This document shows, in pieces, positions 34,344-46,240 of a stretch of DNA of 64,000 nucleotides (positions within the stretch are counted from its first letter, which is position 1; each line of letters starts with the position of its first letter). The stretch is from Histomonas meleagridis 2922-C6/04-290x (Eukaryota > Protista > Parabasalia): the NCBI GenBank assembly GCA_020184695.1, contig JAANOX010000149.1, forward strand, positions 205,958 to 269,957, read 5' to 3'. A model generated the notes under the pieces. That model did no database searches. It was not told where the DNA came from and was given only the letters and a program-made list of their open reading frames with translations. Both the position numbers and the translations under genes were made by a program.

Positions 34344-34780
34344 TTAATATAAAATGGTATTGGATGCAATCATAAGTGCTGTTTAAAATAATTTAAAGAA
34401 TTTTTAAATATTATTTTTGAATATTAAATTATTAAAATAAATTTTAAATAAAACAAATAAATATTTTTAGCACTAATATCAATTCCTTCTTGTTCGAGAA
34501 GTAATTTAACAATTTCTGTATGACCATTTTTAGATGCAATCATAAGTGCTGTTCTAAATAATTTAAATAATTTCCAAATATTTTTTTGAAATATTAAATT
34601 ATTAAAATAAATTTTAAATAAAACAAACAAATATCTTTGGCATTAATATCAAATCCTTTTTGTTCAAGAAGTAATTTAACAATTTCTATATTAGATGCCC
34701 AAAAAAGTGCTGACCATAATATTTTAAATAATTTCCAAATACTATTTTAAAATACCAAATTATTTTAATAAATATCAAAA
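34344..34780 (-). pseudogene. Orphan ankyrin-module fragment with 80-nt interruptions
   Basis: Modules SALFWAS-NIEIVKLLLEQKGFDINAKD (9-nt deletion, 34633-34713), TALMIASKNGHTEIVKLLLEQEGIDISAKN (34463-34552) and a truncated TALMIAS. Interruptions 34553-34632 and 34383-34462 are both 80 nt. No start codon or N-terminal domain. Confidence 0.8.
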
Positions 34781-35103
34781 ATTGATTAAAAAAGTGACAA
34801 ATTCTCTTAGATTTGCAAATCAGTTGACTTCCTTAAAACACACACGCAACAGAAAAAAAATCGTATATTTATTATATTCGACTTTATATATGTAACAACC
34901 CAAATATAAGGCAATAAGTAGATAATACACAAAATGTTTTATTGTATTTTAATGAGTGATATCACTTTAGTCTTTTAGACATAAAGAACCGAAATTTTGT
35001 GATAAAACACTTTTTTGTTATATTTTACTTCATAATTTGATAAAAATATTTTCTTTTAATATAACAAACGAAAACTTAAAAAACAAAACAAATTATTTTC
35101 TAT

Positions 35104-37569
35104 TTACTGAATTCTGTTAATCATTTGAATAAGGTACAATGAGTAGTTAATGTTATCCTCAAGATAACGTATTGCATCTTCTTGAGCCTCTTTTACTTCA
35201 TTTAACAACTGTTTCAAATTTGGATTTTTCAGGATCATTGCACCGAATTCATTTAAGAACACGCTTAACAATGCTTGAATCATTTCGAAGTTATTTCTTT
35301 GGTTTAAGCCAAATATTAACATTTTCATGAATAAAACTCTTTCATCGCAATCGCCATTTACATGTAACCCCGAAATTTCCAAATTTATTGCATCATGATT
35401 CATATTAATCATTAAGTTAATACTATCATTAAAGTCATCTTTTTCATTATCGATAATTAATTGTTTCACGAATTCGGATGAAGGCATTACATCTTTATCT
35501 AAAGTCATATTTTCTTCTGTTTCTAAATTAGGCAAAGCTAAATTTGTTGAAGCTGATAAGAAAAATGGTACAATAATTTTCGTTTTGGAAAACTTTAATG
35601 GATCTGTTGGCGGATTTATTACATTTTTCATCTTAATCGTTGGCTGTTCACTATATATTATTAATCCTTCTTGTTTTGCTATTTCTATTTCATTTAATGA
35701 TTCCGAGCTAATGATTTTCTCTGGTCTAAAGTACCATAATTTTGTCGATAAATTATTCTCATGAATTGTAGCAATTAAATTCTCTTTAGGATGTGCTGCT
35801 ATACCTGTTATAGGATATGGAATCTTAACTGATTGTATTAATGATGCCGTCATCATATCAAACAAATAAACATTTTCAAATGATGAAATAATTAAATATT
35901 TTCCATCATTCGAAAAACATAAACTTGTTCCATTAATTTCAAATATACGTGCAATTAATTTCGATATTACATCAACAATATATACTTTCTCATTAGCTGT
36001 AATAGCTAATAAATGTGAATTAGGATGTGGTGCCATCTTTGTGATTGGCGATTCTAAATTAATTGAGCCTTCAAAAGTTAATTCATCAAAGTTATGGAAA
36101 TAAATTGTCCCGTCTTCTGCTCCAGAGATTATATGTTGATTAAGAGAATCAGAATATACAAAGACAACACGTGAATCATGTTTCGTTTCGATTGATCCTT
36201 TATGTCGCGCACTTTGCGTTACAAATACTTCAACTGTTCCAGCATCTGTGCCAACAATTCCAAAGTTTCCACATGGAGTTAAGTATGTACATGTCGCTTT
36301 GATTTCCCCATTAAAATCGGCAAATGTAATCGTTTGATTACTTTCAATTCGTGAACCATTCTTGGGCATCGCTGTAAGCGCTTTACGAGCAAATCGTGAA
36401 TTTTCTATATCCCATAAGAAGACTAATGTCCCATCTACGTGTTGTGAAGCAATGGACGCATAACGTTGTGCATTCGTGGTCGAAATCGATTGGATTGGAT
36501 TCGATAAATGCTTACGATTTAATGGTGCAGTGGAGATAATAGATGACGTGGTTTCGATTATTGGGTTTGCTGAGATAATGGTCGATGTACCTGATGCAGT
36601 AACGATATTTGTGGAACCATTAACTTCGACAAAGGATACAGCTACTGGAGGTGTTTCATGGCCAACACGACTACGATAGATTCGTAAAAGGTCTTCGGTT
36701 TCATCATCGGCAATCCATTGTTTGATGGAATTATCTGAACTACCAGTAATCAAAAGATTGGTCTTCATAAAGCTGACTGATGTTATTGAGTTGTTATGGC
36801 AATGTGATTTGGAGGCTATGATTTGTTTAAGATTAAGATCCCATACTAATAATTTCCCATTTTCCATGCCAACGGCAATATGTGGTGGACCGTCAATACG
36901 AAATGAGAAGTCTGTGATGGGGGCTGGCATTTGAAAGGTAAATAACGTTTCATCTTGACGAACATTATGAAAAACTAATCGACCATCATAAAGTGCAAAG
37001 GCCATAACATCAGGGTTAGGTGATTGCTGAATGCGTTTGACAATGGAACCAAAGCCAGAAAAATTATATATACACATTTGAGATTTGATATTCCATAATG
37101 AATACTGTCCGTCACTTGTTGCTACAATTAGCTTGTTAACATAAGTGTATGGGTGCATAACAGTCGTAATTTCTTTTCCTACATCAATTTTAAATATTTC
37201 TTTTAATTCATCTGAATAACATGTAAATGTTGTACCCTGGGAAATTACAACATATGGATCAAGGGAAATAAGGTTCGTTGGTGGTTGCTGTAATTGTATT
37301 TCGTCATATTCATTATCTTTAATATCTGTTGCACGAAGTGTAGAATTAGTTGTTGTAAAAACAACATTAGAATTAGCTGCAATATGTGTGATTTTTTGAC
37401 TGTGTGGAGTGCTTATTTGAGTTAGTTTAAGCTCTTCTGCTGAATATATATGAAAAACATCATCAATGGCAACTGCTAAAAAAGGCCAATTTTTGCTGTA
37501 AACAATTTCAAAATGTATATCTCCACATATTCGACCAATGTCTTTAAAGAATTCGAAGCAATCAAACAT
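35104..37569 (-). CDS. UTP21: WD40 U3 snoRNP protein Utp21/WDR36
   Basis: WD40 repeats, RSRVGHETPP, CGNFGIVG...TQS, and C-terminal NFEMIQALLSVFL. First ATG is at 37569. Confidence 0.8.
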   Translation of the reverse strand: MFDCFEFFKDIGRICGDIHFEIVYSKNWPFLAVAIDDVFHIYSAEELKLTQISTPHSQKITHIAANSNVVFTTTNSTLRATDIKDNEYDEIQLQQPPTNLISLDPYVVISQGTTFTCYSDELKEIFKIDVGKEITTVMHPYTYVNKLIVATSDGQYSLWNIKSQMCIYNFSGFGSIVKRIQQSPNPDVMAFALYDGRLVFHNVRQDETLFTFQMPAPITDFSFRIDGPPHIAVGMENGKLLVWDLNLKQIIASKSHCHNNSITSVSFMKTNLLITGSSDNSIKQWIADDETEDLLRIYRSRVGHETPPVAVSFVEVNGSTNIVTASGTSTIISANPIIETTSSIISTAPLNRKHLSNPIQSISTTNAQRYASIASQHVDGTLVFLWDIENSRFARKALTAMPKNGSRIESNQTITFADFNGEIKATCTYLTPCGNFGIVGTDAGTVEVFVTQSARHKGSIETKHDSRVVFVYSDSLNQHIISGAEDGTIYFHNFDELTFEGSINLESPITKMAPHPNSHLLAITANEKVYIVDVISKLIARIFEINGTSLCFSNDGKYLIISSFENVYLFDMMTASLIQSVKIPYPITGIAAHPKENLIATIHENNLSTKLWYFRPEKIISSESLNEIEIAKQEGLIIYSEQPTIKMKNVINPPTDPLKFSKTKIIVPFFLSASTNLALPNLETEENMTLDKDVMPSSEFVKQLIIDNEKDDFNDSINLMINMNHDAINLEISGLHVNGDCDERVLFMKMLIFGLNQRNNFEMIQALLSVFLNEFGAMILKNPNLKQLLNEVKEAQEDAIRYLEDNINYSLYLIQMINRIQ

Positions 37570-37875
37570 TTTCTTTGACCAGTGGTCAAGTATGTCACTT
37601 TTACGTTTCAAAATTTTACAAAGACCGTTTATTTTTGAAACATTATGAAACCGTTAAAAATGTGTTAAATTTATCAATACTGATATAATCATTAACAAAT
37701 TATAATTAGAAAAACAAAAAATATACAAGAGAAATCTAAAGCTTTTACTTAGTGTAATATTTGATGTAATAGATCCCAAAATTTAAATGATATATAGAGA
37801 TGTTAGAATGATCTCATTTATTCTATATTGTTTCATTTAATGTTCATTTGTAAATTTAATTTGAAAAGTTAAAAT

Positions 37876-40185
37876 TTATATTTCCCCTTTATAGATTTCA
37901 TTAGAAAATGGATCCCCATCAATCTGTGGATTAATTTCCATTGGAGGATTATTAGTTGTATTTTCCTCATTTTTATTTTCCTCATTATTTTCACTGATAG
38001 TTTGTTGATTTTGTTTATAAAATAAAAGAATAAAAATTGTAATTATTAAGATAACAATTAAACAAATAACAACAACAAGGATAATAATAGTATTAATACC
38101 TAATGGTTTACCATTATTTTGTTGTTTATTTATATTTAATATAGTAAAAACATCAGAATAAAATATAAAATTTGTTGTATATTGCAAAATTGTTTGACTA
38201 GAATAAATAATAATCGTATTAATATAAATATATGATAAATTTACAAAGGATAGTGAAATAGTACTTAAATATGAAATTTGTTGTGTAATTGTTTGTGTAA
38301 TTGAACATGAATTTATCATAGTTAAAGAATGTGAAAATGTTATATCAGATTGAAAAGAAGATATAAATGTATTTGACAGTGGAAATGTATTTGACAGTGG
38401 AAATATATTTGACAGTGGAAATGTATTTGAAGCTGACAATGAATTAGTAAAGGATTTTGACTGTGTAAATGAAAGTGTTGGCATTGGAGTGCAGTCTTTA
38501 AAAACACTACCTTTCAATACACTCATTTTACCAAATCTGGTATCATTATATGAATTCAAAACCATAACAAATTTAGTTAAGATACCAGAAAATGTTTCAT
38601 TTCCAATTGATGGTTGTATATCACCATAAAAATAAATACATGTAAGATTTTTACATTGATAAAATGCAAAATCTCCTATATTCTTAACATTGCTTGGAAT
38701 GACAATATTTTTTATATTCTTGCATTCATAAAAGGAATAATTTTCAATGATTTGTATAGAATTTGGGATTTCAAATGTTTCATTTGTGTTTCCATTAGGA
38801 TAACAAATAAGATTTGTAAAATTTTTATTATAAATAACTCCATCATTGTTATAATTAGAATAAAATTTATTTTCTTGTGATATATTAACACATTGAAGTT
38901 TTGTACATAAATTAAATACTCCAATTCCAATATGTGTAATCGATTTTGGAAATATAACATTTTCTAATGAATTACAATATTCAAATGCAAAATCATTTAT
39001 TGCTATAATATTATTTCCAAATATAACATTTCCTAAATCATGATTTGAACTAAATGCTGATTTTCCTATTGATACAGTTGAATTTTGAAATGAAACAATA
39101 ATTAAATAACAATCATAAAATGAGTGAACTCCAATTGTTTTTAATGATTTTGGAAACGTTATTATTATTAATGAACATTCAGAAAATGCATAATCTCCGA
39201 TTGATATTAATGAATTTGAAAATATAACATTTTCTAATTGTATATTTGACTGAAATGCAAAATCTCCAATTGAAATTAATGAATCTGGAAATGTAATATT
39301 ACTAAAGAAACATGAAGAAAATGCAAAATCTCCAATCGTAGTAACTGAATTTGAGATAATAATATTCTTTATATTCTCGCATTCATAAAAGGAATAATTT
39401 TCAATGATTTGAATAGAATTTGGGATTTCAAATGTTTCATTTGTGTTTCCATTAGGATAACAAATAAGATTTGTAAAATTTTTATTATAAATAACTCCAT
39501 CATTGTTATAATTAGAATAAAATTTATTTTCTTGTGATATATTAACACATTGAAGTTTTGTACATAAATTAAATACTCCAATTCCAATATGTGTAATCGA
39601 TTTTGGAAATATAACATTTTCTAATGAATTACAATATTCAAATGCAAAATCATTTATTGTGGTGATATTATTTCCAAATGTAATATTATCTAAATCATGA
39701 TTTGAACTAAATGCAGAAACGCCAATTGATTTTAATGAATTTTGAAATGTAATGTTGATTAAAGAACAACTTTTGAATACATTGTTTTCAATTGTCTCTA
39801 AATTCTTTCCAAAAGTAATTGTTTTCAATGAAGTGCAGCGATAAAATGCTTTACTTTTAATTATAGTAACTGAATCCCCAATATCAACAGTAGTTACAGA
39901 TGTCCAACCGTTAAATGTATTATTTGGAATAACAGTAACATTACCATTAATTATAATATGTTTGATGCTTAAATTTTTTTTAGTTGGGAATTCATTTGAG
40001 TTAGAAATATTAAGTGTATCTGAAACATTAAATGAATAAATGAAGAAAACAACAAAAAAGAATGGAGCGAATTTAATATTACAGGATTTTTTAATGTGAA
40101 TATTGTGAAATAAATAATTTGTTATTAATGATAATTTATGTTTGTTCTTAATAATGGAAAATAAAAGAAATGAAAATAAATACAT
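37876..40185 (-). CDS. BspA-like LRR_5 single-pass surface protein with an S/T-rich stalk (start uncertain: ATG at 40185 or 40431)
   Basis: TpLRR repeats homologous to 30617-33298, (SNTFPL) repeats, TM segment, DPF-containing tail. Confidence 0.8.
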   Translation of the reverse strand: MYLFSFLLFSIIKNKHKLSLITNYLFHNIHIKKSCNIKFAPFFFVVFFIYSFNVSDTLNISNSNEFPTKKNLSIKHIIINGNVTVIPNNTFNGWTSVTTVDIGDSVTIIKSKAFYRCTSLKTITFGKNLETIENNVFKSCSLINITFQNSLKSIGVSAFSSNHDLDNITFGNNITTINDFAFEYCNSLENVIFPKSITHIGIGVFNLCTKLQCVNISQENKFYSNYNNDGVIYNKNFTNLICYPNGNTNETFEIPNSIQIIENYSFYECENIKNIIISNSVTTIGDFAFSSCFFSNITFPDSLISIGDFAFQSNIQLENVIFSNSLISIGDYAFSECSLIIITFPKSLKTIGVHSFYDCYLIIVSFQNSTVSIGKSAFSSNHDLGNVIFGNNIIAINDFAFEYCNSLENVIFPKSITHIGIGVFNLCTKLQCVNISQENKFYSNYNNDGVIYNKNFTNLICYPNGNTNETFEIPNSIQIIENYSFYECKNIKNIVIPSNVKNIGDFAFYQCKNLTCIYFYGDIQPSIGNETFSGILTKFVMVLNSYNDTRFGKMSVLKGSVFKDCTPMPTLSFTQSKSFTNSLSASNTFPLSNIFPLSNTFPLSNTFISSFQSDITFSHSLTMINSCSITQTITQQISYLSTISLSFVNLSYIYINTIIIYSSQTILQYTTNFIFYSDVFTILNINKQQNNGKPLGINTIIILVVVICLIVILIITIFILLFYKQNQQTISENNEENKNEENTTNNPPMEINPQIDGDPFSNEIYKGEI
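38705..39714 (-). repeat. Near-identical ~350-bp internal duplication in the BspA gene (offset 657 bp)
   Basis: SSNHDL...FEYCNSLENVIFPKS...ENYSFYEC.NIKNI occurs twice. The shadow ORFs 38712-38960 and 39369-39617 differ by one residue. Confidence 0.9.
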
Positions 40186-41079
40186 TGATATAAAGATTTT
40201 GATTAAAAAATTTTCATAATATTCGAAGTAATCGAAAACCGAACACAAAGAAGAAGAATATACTTTTCGATAATAACAAGATATACATTGGTTTTGTGTA
40301 GATAAAAATAGATTGTTCAGAATTTTTAATGAATTATCAATCAAATTACATATATAATGAGGTTGTAATTGGATCAATTGAACCTTTTGATAAAACTCTT
40401 TGAAATTATTAATTAATACTGATTTTTGCATAATCAATAATGAAAGTCAAAAGAAACATATTTTTTATGATATATCAAAATAAAATATTGATTTTGAAAC
40501 ATTGATATGTCTGGTTTTTATACAATTCAAATTTTTTAACCATTGAATAAACGAAAAAGTCTATGAATCATTCAATTTACGTTTAGCATGTTTGTAATAT
40601 CAAGTGCTTTATTGATTGGGTTCACGTGTATTGTAATAATTGTGTTCCACAATGTATGAAATAACCTGAATTTATCGAGAATGAATTTTAAAATTATATG
40701 TGTTAAAAAATATTAAATAGATAAAATGTAGAATATTCTTAGAATTGATTATTTTAAGTATCTTTTATAAGATGTGACTATATTTGAATCAAGATATTTC
40801 TAAGCGAAAAATTAAAAAACTCGATCAATTGTATGTGATAGAAAATATCCATATAAAGTCATTTAATGCAAAATTGTTGTTTATTTGTGTAATACACTTA
40901 TTCGTGAAAAAATCATTTCATCTTCTTGAAAATGAAGAAACTGATAAGTTAATCTTACGATAAGTTCTGTTTGTCGAACGCTGATTTACGATTAAATACA
41001 ATTTAATATTTGATAAGTTTATACTCCCAAAACTCTTTTAACTCAAAAAGTTTTCAGAAAAGGCAAAGCAAAAAAACAC

Positions 41080-41262
41080 ATGTGCAACGAGTTTGACGAA
41101 ATTTCAATGAGTTCTTCTGATGAGGAACCACTACCACCACCTATGAGGGAACCTCCAAGTGTAATACACAACAAAGATTTTATTCAATTTCAAGTGATTT
41201 CACAAGATCAGGATAATTCCATCAATAGCAATCTTATTTCAGATTCAAGCTCCTCCGATTAA
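41080..41262 (+). CDS. Small acidic Ser/Pro-rich hypothetical protein (60 aa)
   Basis: ATG-initiated ORF, GC-richer than its flanks, with disordered-protein composition. No recognisable domain. Confidence 0.4.
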   Translation: MCNEFDEISMSSSDEEPLPPPMREPPSVIHNKDFIQFQVISQDQDNSINSNLISDSSSSD

Positions 41263-41679
41263 GTGGTTTTTGTAATAAATTAATCATATAAATAAATCAT
41301 GTATATAAAAAAAAACATTTTTTCCTTCATTTCCCAAATAACAAAGTAATCATCTACATCTTTGTTGTAAGGCGACTTAAAATTTTCGTGTTAAATGGAA
41401 AATAATTTGAGAATAAGCATAGAAGGAACAAAACTCAATCATTTTGAACACGAAAATGCCGCATTCAAAATAATTACTTTTTAAGTTAAAGCCTTATCTC
41501 AAATACGATACATGTAAATTATATAAAATTGTGAGTTCTAAAATTTTGAGGTTAAAACTCATCAATTCGAAAAAAATACATTTATATTTCCACAAGCTTT
41601 AGAAAAGATAAACATATTTGTGACATTTTATTATGCATTTACATGCAATTTCTTTCTGATTGGAAAATCATTTTCGAAT

Positions 41680-42499
41680 TTAAAATGACAATTGAATGCT
41701 TTGAAGAATTAATTGAATCTTTGCTTGTGCATTATCATCAATTATCTTGCCTGAAAGATGTAATATGGCAAAATGTAATGCTTCTGCAGCTGCTTCTCGA
41801 ACTTCAGGTGTTAGATATTCTGGACTTTGTTCGATTGGCATGCTAAGTATTTTTAATGAAGCATCAAAAATATTGGCATAAATTGGAATGAGTGCGTCAT
41901 GTTTAAGTTCTTGATCAAAATTAGACAAATTTAGAATATCAGAAAAAATCTTTAAAAATCCAATCATGATATTAGTGGAATTCGTTTGAAGAATGTTATT
42001 GGAAATTTCTTGGATACCGTCAATCCATTGACCTCCTTCAATTCCAAATATATGAAAAAATTTGACTTGAAACATCGCAAATAACGAAATCGTTTTCACT
42101 AATTGTGGCGGCAATTAATCTTTTAAGGTTGACTATAAACCCATCGAGAGACCAGAAATTTTTTATAATAATATTTCGGCGTTCTGGCGTCTTGGGATTT
42201 AATAAATAAGAAATAATTTTTGCTGGATATCGTCTTATGTCGTTTGCATTATTGGCATTTGAAAGTATAAAACAAAATTTTTCATTTGGATGATTAGTAA
42301 GTATTTCATCAATTATTGAGTTTAATTGATCATAACCTTCCCTATCGATAAGGTTAATAAGTTCACTGTAATTTTTATTAAAATATTGGATTTCATTAAT
42401 ATCATGATTTAAACCTGATTTGTTTTCTTCATTATTCGTTGTTATAATTTCATTAATTTCTGAAGTTCCGCTTGTACCTTGTGTAAGGTTGGTGTACAT
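41680..42499 (-). pseudogene. Helical (HEAT/ARM-like) hypothetical gene split into two overlapping frames
   Basis: ORF 42038-42499 (ATG start) overlaps ORF 41680-42114 in another frame. Both read as plausible helical protein. No GT-AG intron is evident at the junction. Confidence 0.55.
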
Positions 42500-42962
42500 T
42501 ATTTTAGATTGTTAAAAATTATTATTTCTGATTTAGTTAACCCTGTACAGGTGATTAAAATCAATTCAATAAGTGAAAATTAACAAAGTATTGATAAACT
42601 TTTTTAATACTTTATACTAAGCATAAATCATACAAAATAGCTATCATGTAATTCAATAATTGCTGCCCCATGAGGATTTAAAAAAAAAAATCACAAATAC
42701 AATTATCAGGCCTGCATAAGATAACACTTGTTTTAAATGTTATAGACACAATCATATAAAAACAATCAAAATTTCATTGCATTTATAATGGTATAAATAT
42801 TTACTATTAATAGTAAAGTTGTACAACTTTGATCTAAAAAAATAAAATTGTTAATATAATTCACTAACAGAAGGAAAACAATTAAATTACTGCCTTTTCG
42901 TCTGTGTCAAAAAATAAAATAAAACATTCAACAACATTATTTATAACACCTTTAATTATTAT

Positions 42963-43772
42963 TTAATCTTCTTGTAGATCAAGTTTTGGTGGTTTCCTGT
43001 CTGGTCTTTGCAAACCAAGTATCGAAACCAAGTTATCTCTGTCAAGCTTCATGAGCGATTTTGATATCAACTGCCTCCTGACTGATTCAAGGGCTGCATC
43101 TGATTCATCTATTTCTGGTTCGGCACTTCGTTCGATATCTTCATCGCTCATTTCGACATTTGGTCCATACCAATCTTGATCGAAAATTTTGTCAAAATCT
43201 TTGATCATGATTTCAATCGCTTTCATTGAGTTACCAGATGCCACTGAATCTGTTCTTGGATATAATGATGGCGAAAAAACAATTGAAAGATTTGAAGCAT
43301 CCATCTTGTTAAACTCCACCTCTGTAGTGATTGCATTAAAGTAATGCATTAAATATGCAAGAGTATTGCGTCTGGTAGGACAGCCTTGAGATACAAGATT
43401 ATGAAGTTCTGTAAAAAGAGTATCATCATTTGTTGAGCATTGTATTACTGTATTGATTTTGTCATAAATATCTTCCCCAATTAGGGGATCTAATCCAGAT
43501 AACTCTCTGATATAACGTTTGAGAGCTCCTGCAATAATATGTGGATCTTCATACCCTTGGAAGTCTTTAACCCTATTGCGATCAAGAAGCAAACATAGAT
43601 TTTCAACTGTACTTTTTTGCGCACTGATGCGGAATATCCCTTCAACCTTCCCTGAATCAAGAACTTTCATTTCTTTAATAAGATCTGTAACAATAAAAGG
43701 AACTTTGCCATTATATTCTTTAAGACTTTTGGTAAAAAAATGTGGTCCAGGCGCAGGATCTGCAAGAGTCAT
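42963..43772 (-). CDS. RhoGAP domain protein
   Basis: VPFIV..., EGIFRIS arginine finger, ALKRYIREL..PL, NKMDASNLSIVFSPSL. Confidence 0.92.
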   Translation of the reverse strand: MTLADPAPGPHFFTKSLKEYNGKVPFIVTDLIKEMKVLDSGKVEGIFRISAQKSTVENLCLLLDRNRVKDFQGYEDPHIIAGALKRYIRELSGLDPLIGEDIYDKINTVIQCSTNDDTLFTELHNLVSQGCPTRRNTLAYLMHYFNAITTEVEFNKMDASNLSIVFSPSLYPRTDSVASGNSMKAIEIMIKDFDKIFDQDWYGPNVEMSDEDIERSAEPEIDESDAALESVRRQLISKSLMKLDRDNLVSILGLQRPDRKPPKLDLQED

Positions 43773-44143
43773 GCAGATAAAATAAAAGTGTCAAAATATT
43801 GAAATAAATATTTATTTGCCAATTTTATTGTGAGAAAATAAAATGACATAAAAAACCTAGAAAAAAAAGAGCCTTTTCATATAAGAACTTAATTTTTTAT
43901 ACTACAAAATTATTTCCTGCAGTACTTTTATCTTTAACACATAAGTTTATTCCATAAGGTATTGGTTTAATTATTTGATTAAAATTCGAATTAATTTTTA
44001 AAAATTTTTCTTAGTGTTGTTCAAATTGATTGTTTTTAACATTGTTTAAATTATTTTGATGAAAATTACTTTGATATATTCAACAGGAATATATGTTTCT
44101 CTTGAAAAGATGTACAAGTATTCTAAGGCACCCCAATGTTGTT

Positions 44144-44169
44144 TACGGTTTTGACATGGCTGCTCCTTT
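44144..44169 (+). promoter_or_regulatory. Trichomonad-type core promoter: M3-like TACGGTTT plus M5 CCTTT
   Basis: TACGGTTT at 44144-44151 and CCTTT at 44165-44169, 5 nt before the RPL19 ATG. These motifs are described for Trichomonas ribosomal-protein promoters. Confidence 0.65.
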
Positions 44170-44174
44170 AAATA

Positions 44175-44711
44175 ATGTCCAGCCTTAAGCTCCAAAAGAG
44201 ATTAGCTGCTTCAGTTCTTAACTGTGGCGTTGGCCGTGTCTGGATGGATGAAACAGAAATATCCACAATCGCTATGGCAAATTCTCGTCAACAAATCAGA
44301 AAACTTGTTGGTGATGGAATCATTGTTCGTCGCCCAGTTGCCATGCATTCAAGTGCTCGCCATACAAAGCGTGTTCTTGCCAAACGTCTTGGTCGTCACA
44401 GAGGTTATGGTAAACGCCGTGGTACACGCAATGCACGTCTCAACTCAAAATGGCAATGGATTCGTCGTATCCGTGTCCTCAGACGTACACTCAGAGACTT
44501 CAAACAGAAGAAAGAAATTGATTCTCATTTATACCGTAAGTTATATCTCAAAGCTAAAGGTAATGAATTCCGTAACAAGCGTGTTTTAATGGAGCACATT
44601 CACACACTTAAGGTCGAAAATGAACGTGAAAAGAATCTCCAACAACAAATTGCTGCCCGCCGTGCTCGTAGCAGAAGAATGAGGGAAAAAAAAGCAAAGG
44701 CTGCTCAATAA
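44175..44711 (+). CDS. RPL19: 60S ribosomal protein L19 (eL19)
   Basis: [22 protein letters not shown]...[48 protein letters not shown]. Confidence 0.98.
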   Translation: MSSLKLQKRLAASVLNCGVGRVWMDETEISTIAMANSRQQIRKLVGDGIIVRRPVAMHSSARHTKRVLAKRLGRHRGYGKRRGTRNARLNSKWQWIRRIRVLRRTLRDFKQKKEIDSHLYRKLYLKAKGNEFRNKRVLMEHIHTLKVENEREKNLQQQIAARRARSRRMREKKAKAAQ

Positions 44712-44923
44712 ATACGATTTAATTATTTTTGGCACACTAAGTTTACAATTTTTTCAAATGAAATCATTTAATTTTTAGATAATTTAAAAAAAAAAATAAA
44801 TCATTTTTTCTGTTCTTTAAAACAAAAATGAATATTTTTTAACTCTTTTAAGTACTACAAAATACTTTGCTGAATGTTTGTGACACATAGGAATAACACG
44901 TTTAGATATACATAACTTAAGTT

Positions 44924-45253
44924 TTAAGCATTTAAGTTCATGTTCTCTACCCAAAAGCAAAGACGTCCTAGTTTTTGAGTTTTTTCTTCAAGTTTTAATA
45001 CAAGATCATTGAGTTCTGCACGAGCTGCTTTAAGTTCTTCATCAACCGGCTCGTGCTCCTCTTCTTTTGCTGTGTTTAAGCATTCTGTCAGAAGCGAAGA
45101 ATGTTCCTTATACTCTGCAAGAAATTGATCTTTGGAAAGTTTACGAATTGGTGGATCTGTTGGGTTGCTTTCATTAATTGATTCTGATATTAAAGTATTG
45201 ACTAAAAAAATCATTTGATTGAGATGGTTGCGAGCTTCTTGCGCTGTGTTCAT
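44924..45253 (-). CDS. Small coiled-coil hypothetical protein (109 aa)
   Basis: ATG-initiated helical/coiled-coil ORF. No confident family assignment. Confidence 0.65.
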   Translation of the reverse strand: MNTAQEARNHLNQMIFLVNTLISESINESNPTDPPIRKLSKDQFLAEYKEHSSLLTECLNTAKEEEHEPVDEELKAARAELNDLVLKLEEKTQKLGRLCFWVENMNLNA

Positions 45254-45526
45254 TTTTTTATTGTTTTGACTAGGTTTGGTCGAAGCATGTTAATTTACAA
45301 AAAAAATATTTATCCTTCTCCATTTACACCGTATGTTATTATCTTATGTCCTATCAGTCCATGTATAAATAAGCTTGCTAGAATTTGATCTAAATTAAAA
45401 AAAAAAAAAAATTAGAAAATGAAAAACAATAGCTCGCTTTTATTATACGAAAGTCATGTTATCAAAGAAAACTCATTCAGGTAGCCACAACGAGATATTT
45501 TTTGTTTAAAATTATAGAAGAGTCCT

Positions 45527-46240
45527 TTAGACATAAAAAGATAGTACTAAAAAAATAAGAGACAACAAAAGAAGCGCCTTTTGCGGTGTCATGTGGAAAA
45601 AGTTACGAACATTATTCATTGTGATATTGACAGTATATTGGAATGGAGTGAATCTGTTAAAAGCATAATTTTCCCTAGCTTCTTGGTACTCTGGTCTTGG
45701 CGGAGGAGGAGAACTTACATCAGCTTCGCTTCCTTGTCCGTATATCGGAATTAGATGACTTGCATCAATTTGGCCATGACAAACAGGACAACTATTGGAA
45801 CGACGAAGCCATTCTGAAATACATGGATAACAAAATACGTGACCACAATGCGTAACAACTGGTTGCTGAAGTGTTTCAAGGCATATTGGACATTTCCATT
45901 TATCTTCTTCTGCCATTGTGTCTTCTTGCTCATTTTTCTGTTCGTTTTTTGGTGGTTGTATTTCCTCTTTTTGATTTTCATTTACTTGATCAATTAATTG
46001 TTGATTTTCTGTTTCTTCTTCATTGTCATATTCCGGAGGAGGTTTTCGCAAACGAATAACAGTTATAGGTTTGTTTTGCTTGTCTTGACTATCTTCTGTT
46101 TCATCCATATTTTGTGCATCCGTATTTTTCTTTCTGAGAAATGCTGTTGGATCAAAGGGTGCATATGGGTCGTCACTATCATCTGTTTCTTCTGGTTGGT
46201 TCTTTGAATTCTGGTCATTTTCATTGTTTGATTCCTCCAT
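45527..46240 (-). CDS. C3HC4 RING E3 ligase, RNF5/RMA1-like, tail-anchored
   Basis: CPIC...CGH.FC..C...CPVC, then LIPIYGQG...PPPRP and a C-terminal TM segment. Confidence 0.85.
   Translation of the reverse strand: MEESNNENDQNSKNQPEETDDSDDPYAPFDPTAFLRKKNTDAQNMDETEDSQDKQNKPITVIRLRKPPPEYDNEEETENQQLIDQVNENQKEEIQPPKNEQKNEQEDTMAEEDKWKCPICLETLQQPVVTHCGHVFCYPCISEWLRRSNSCPVCHGQIDASHLIPIYGQGSEADVSSPPPPRPEYQEARENYAFNRFTPFQYTVNITMNNVRNFFHMTPQKALLLLSLIFLVLSFYV

Noticed and set aside
44924-45253. Possible Mediator Med21-like identity for the 109-aa coiled-coil ORF
   Set aside because: Only size and helical pattern fit; no motif I can support without a profile search.
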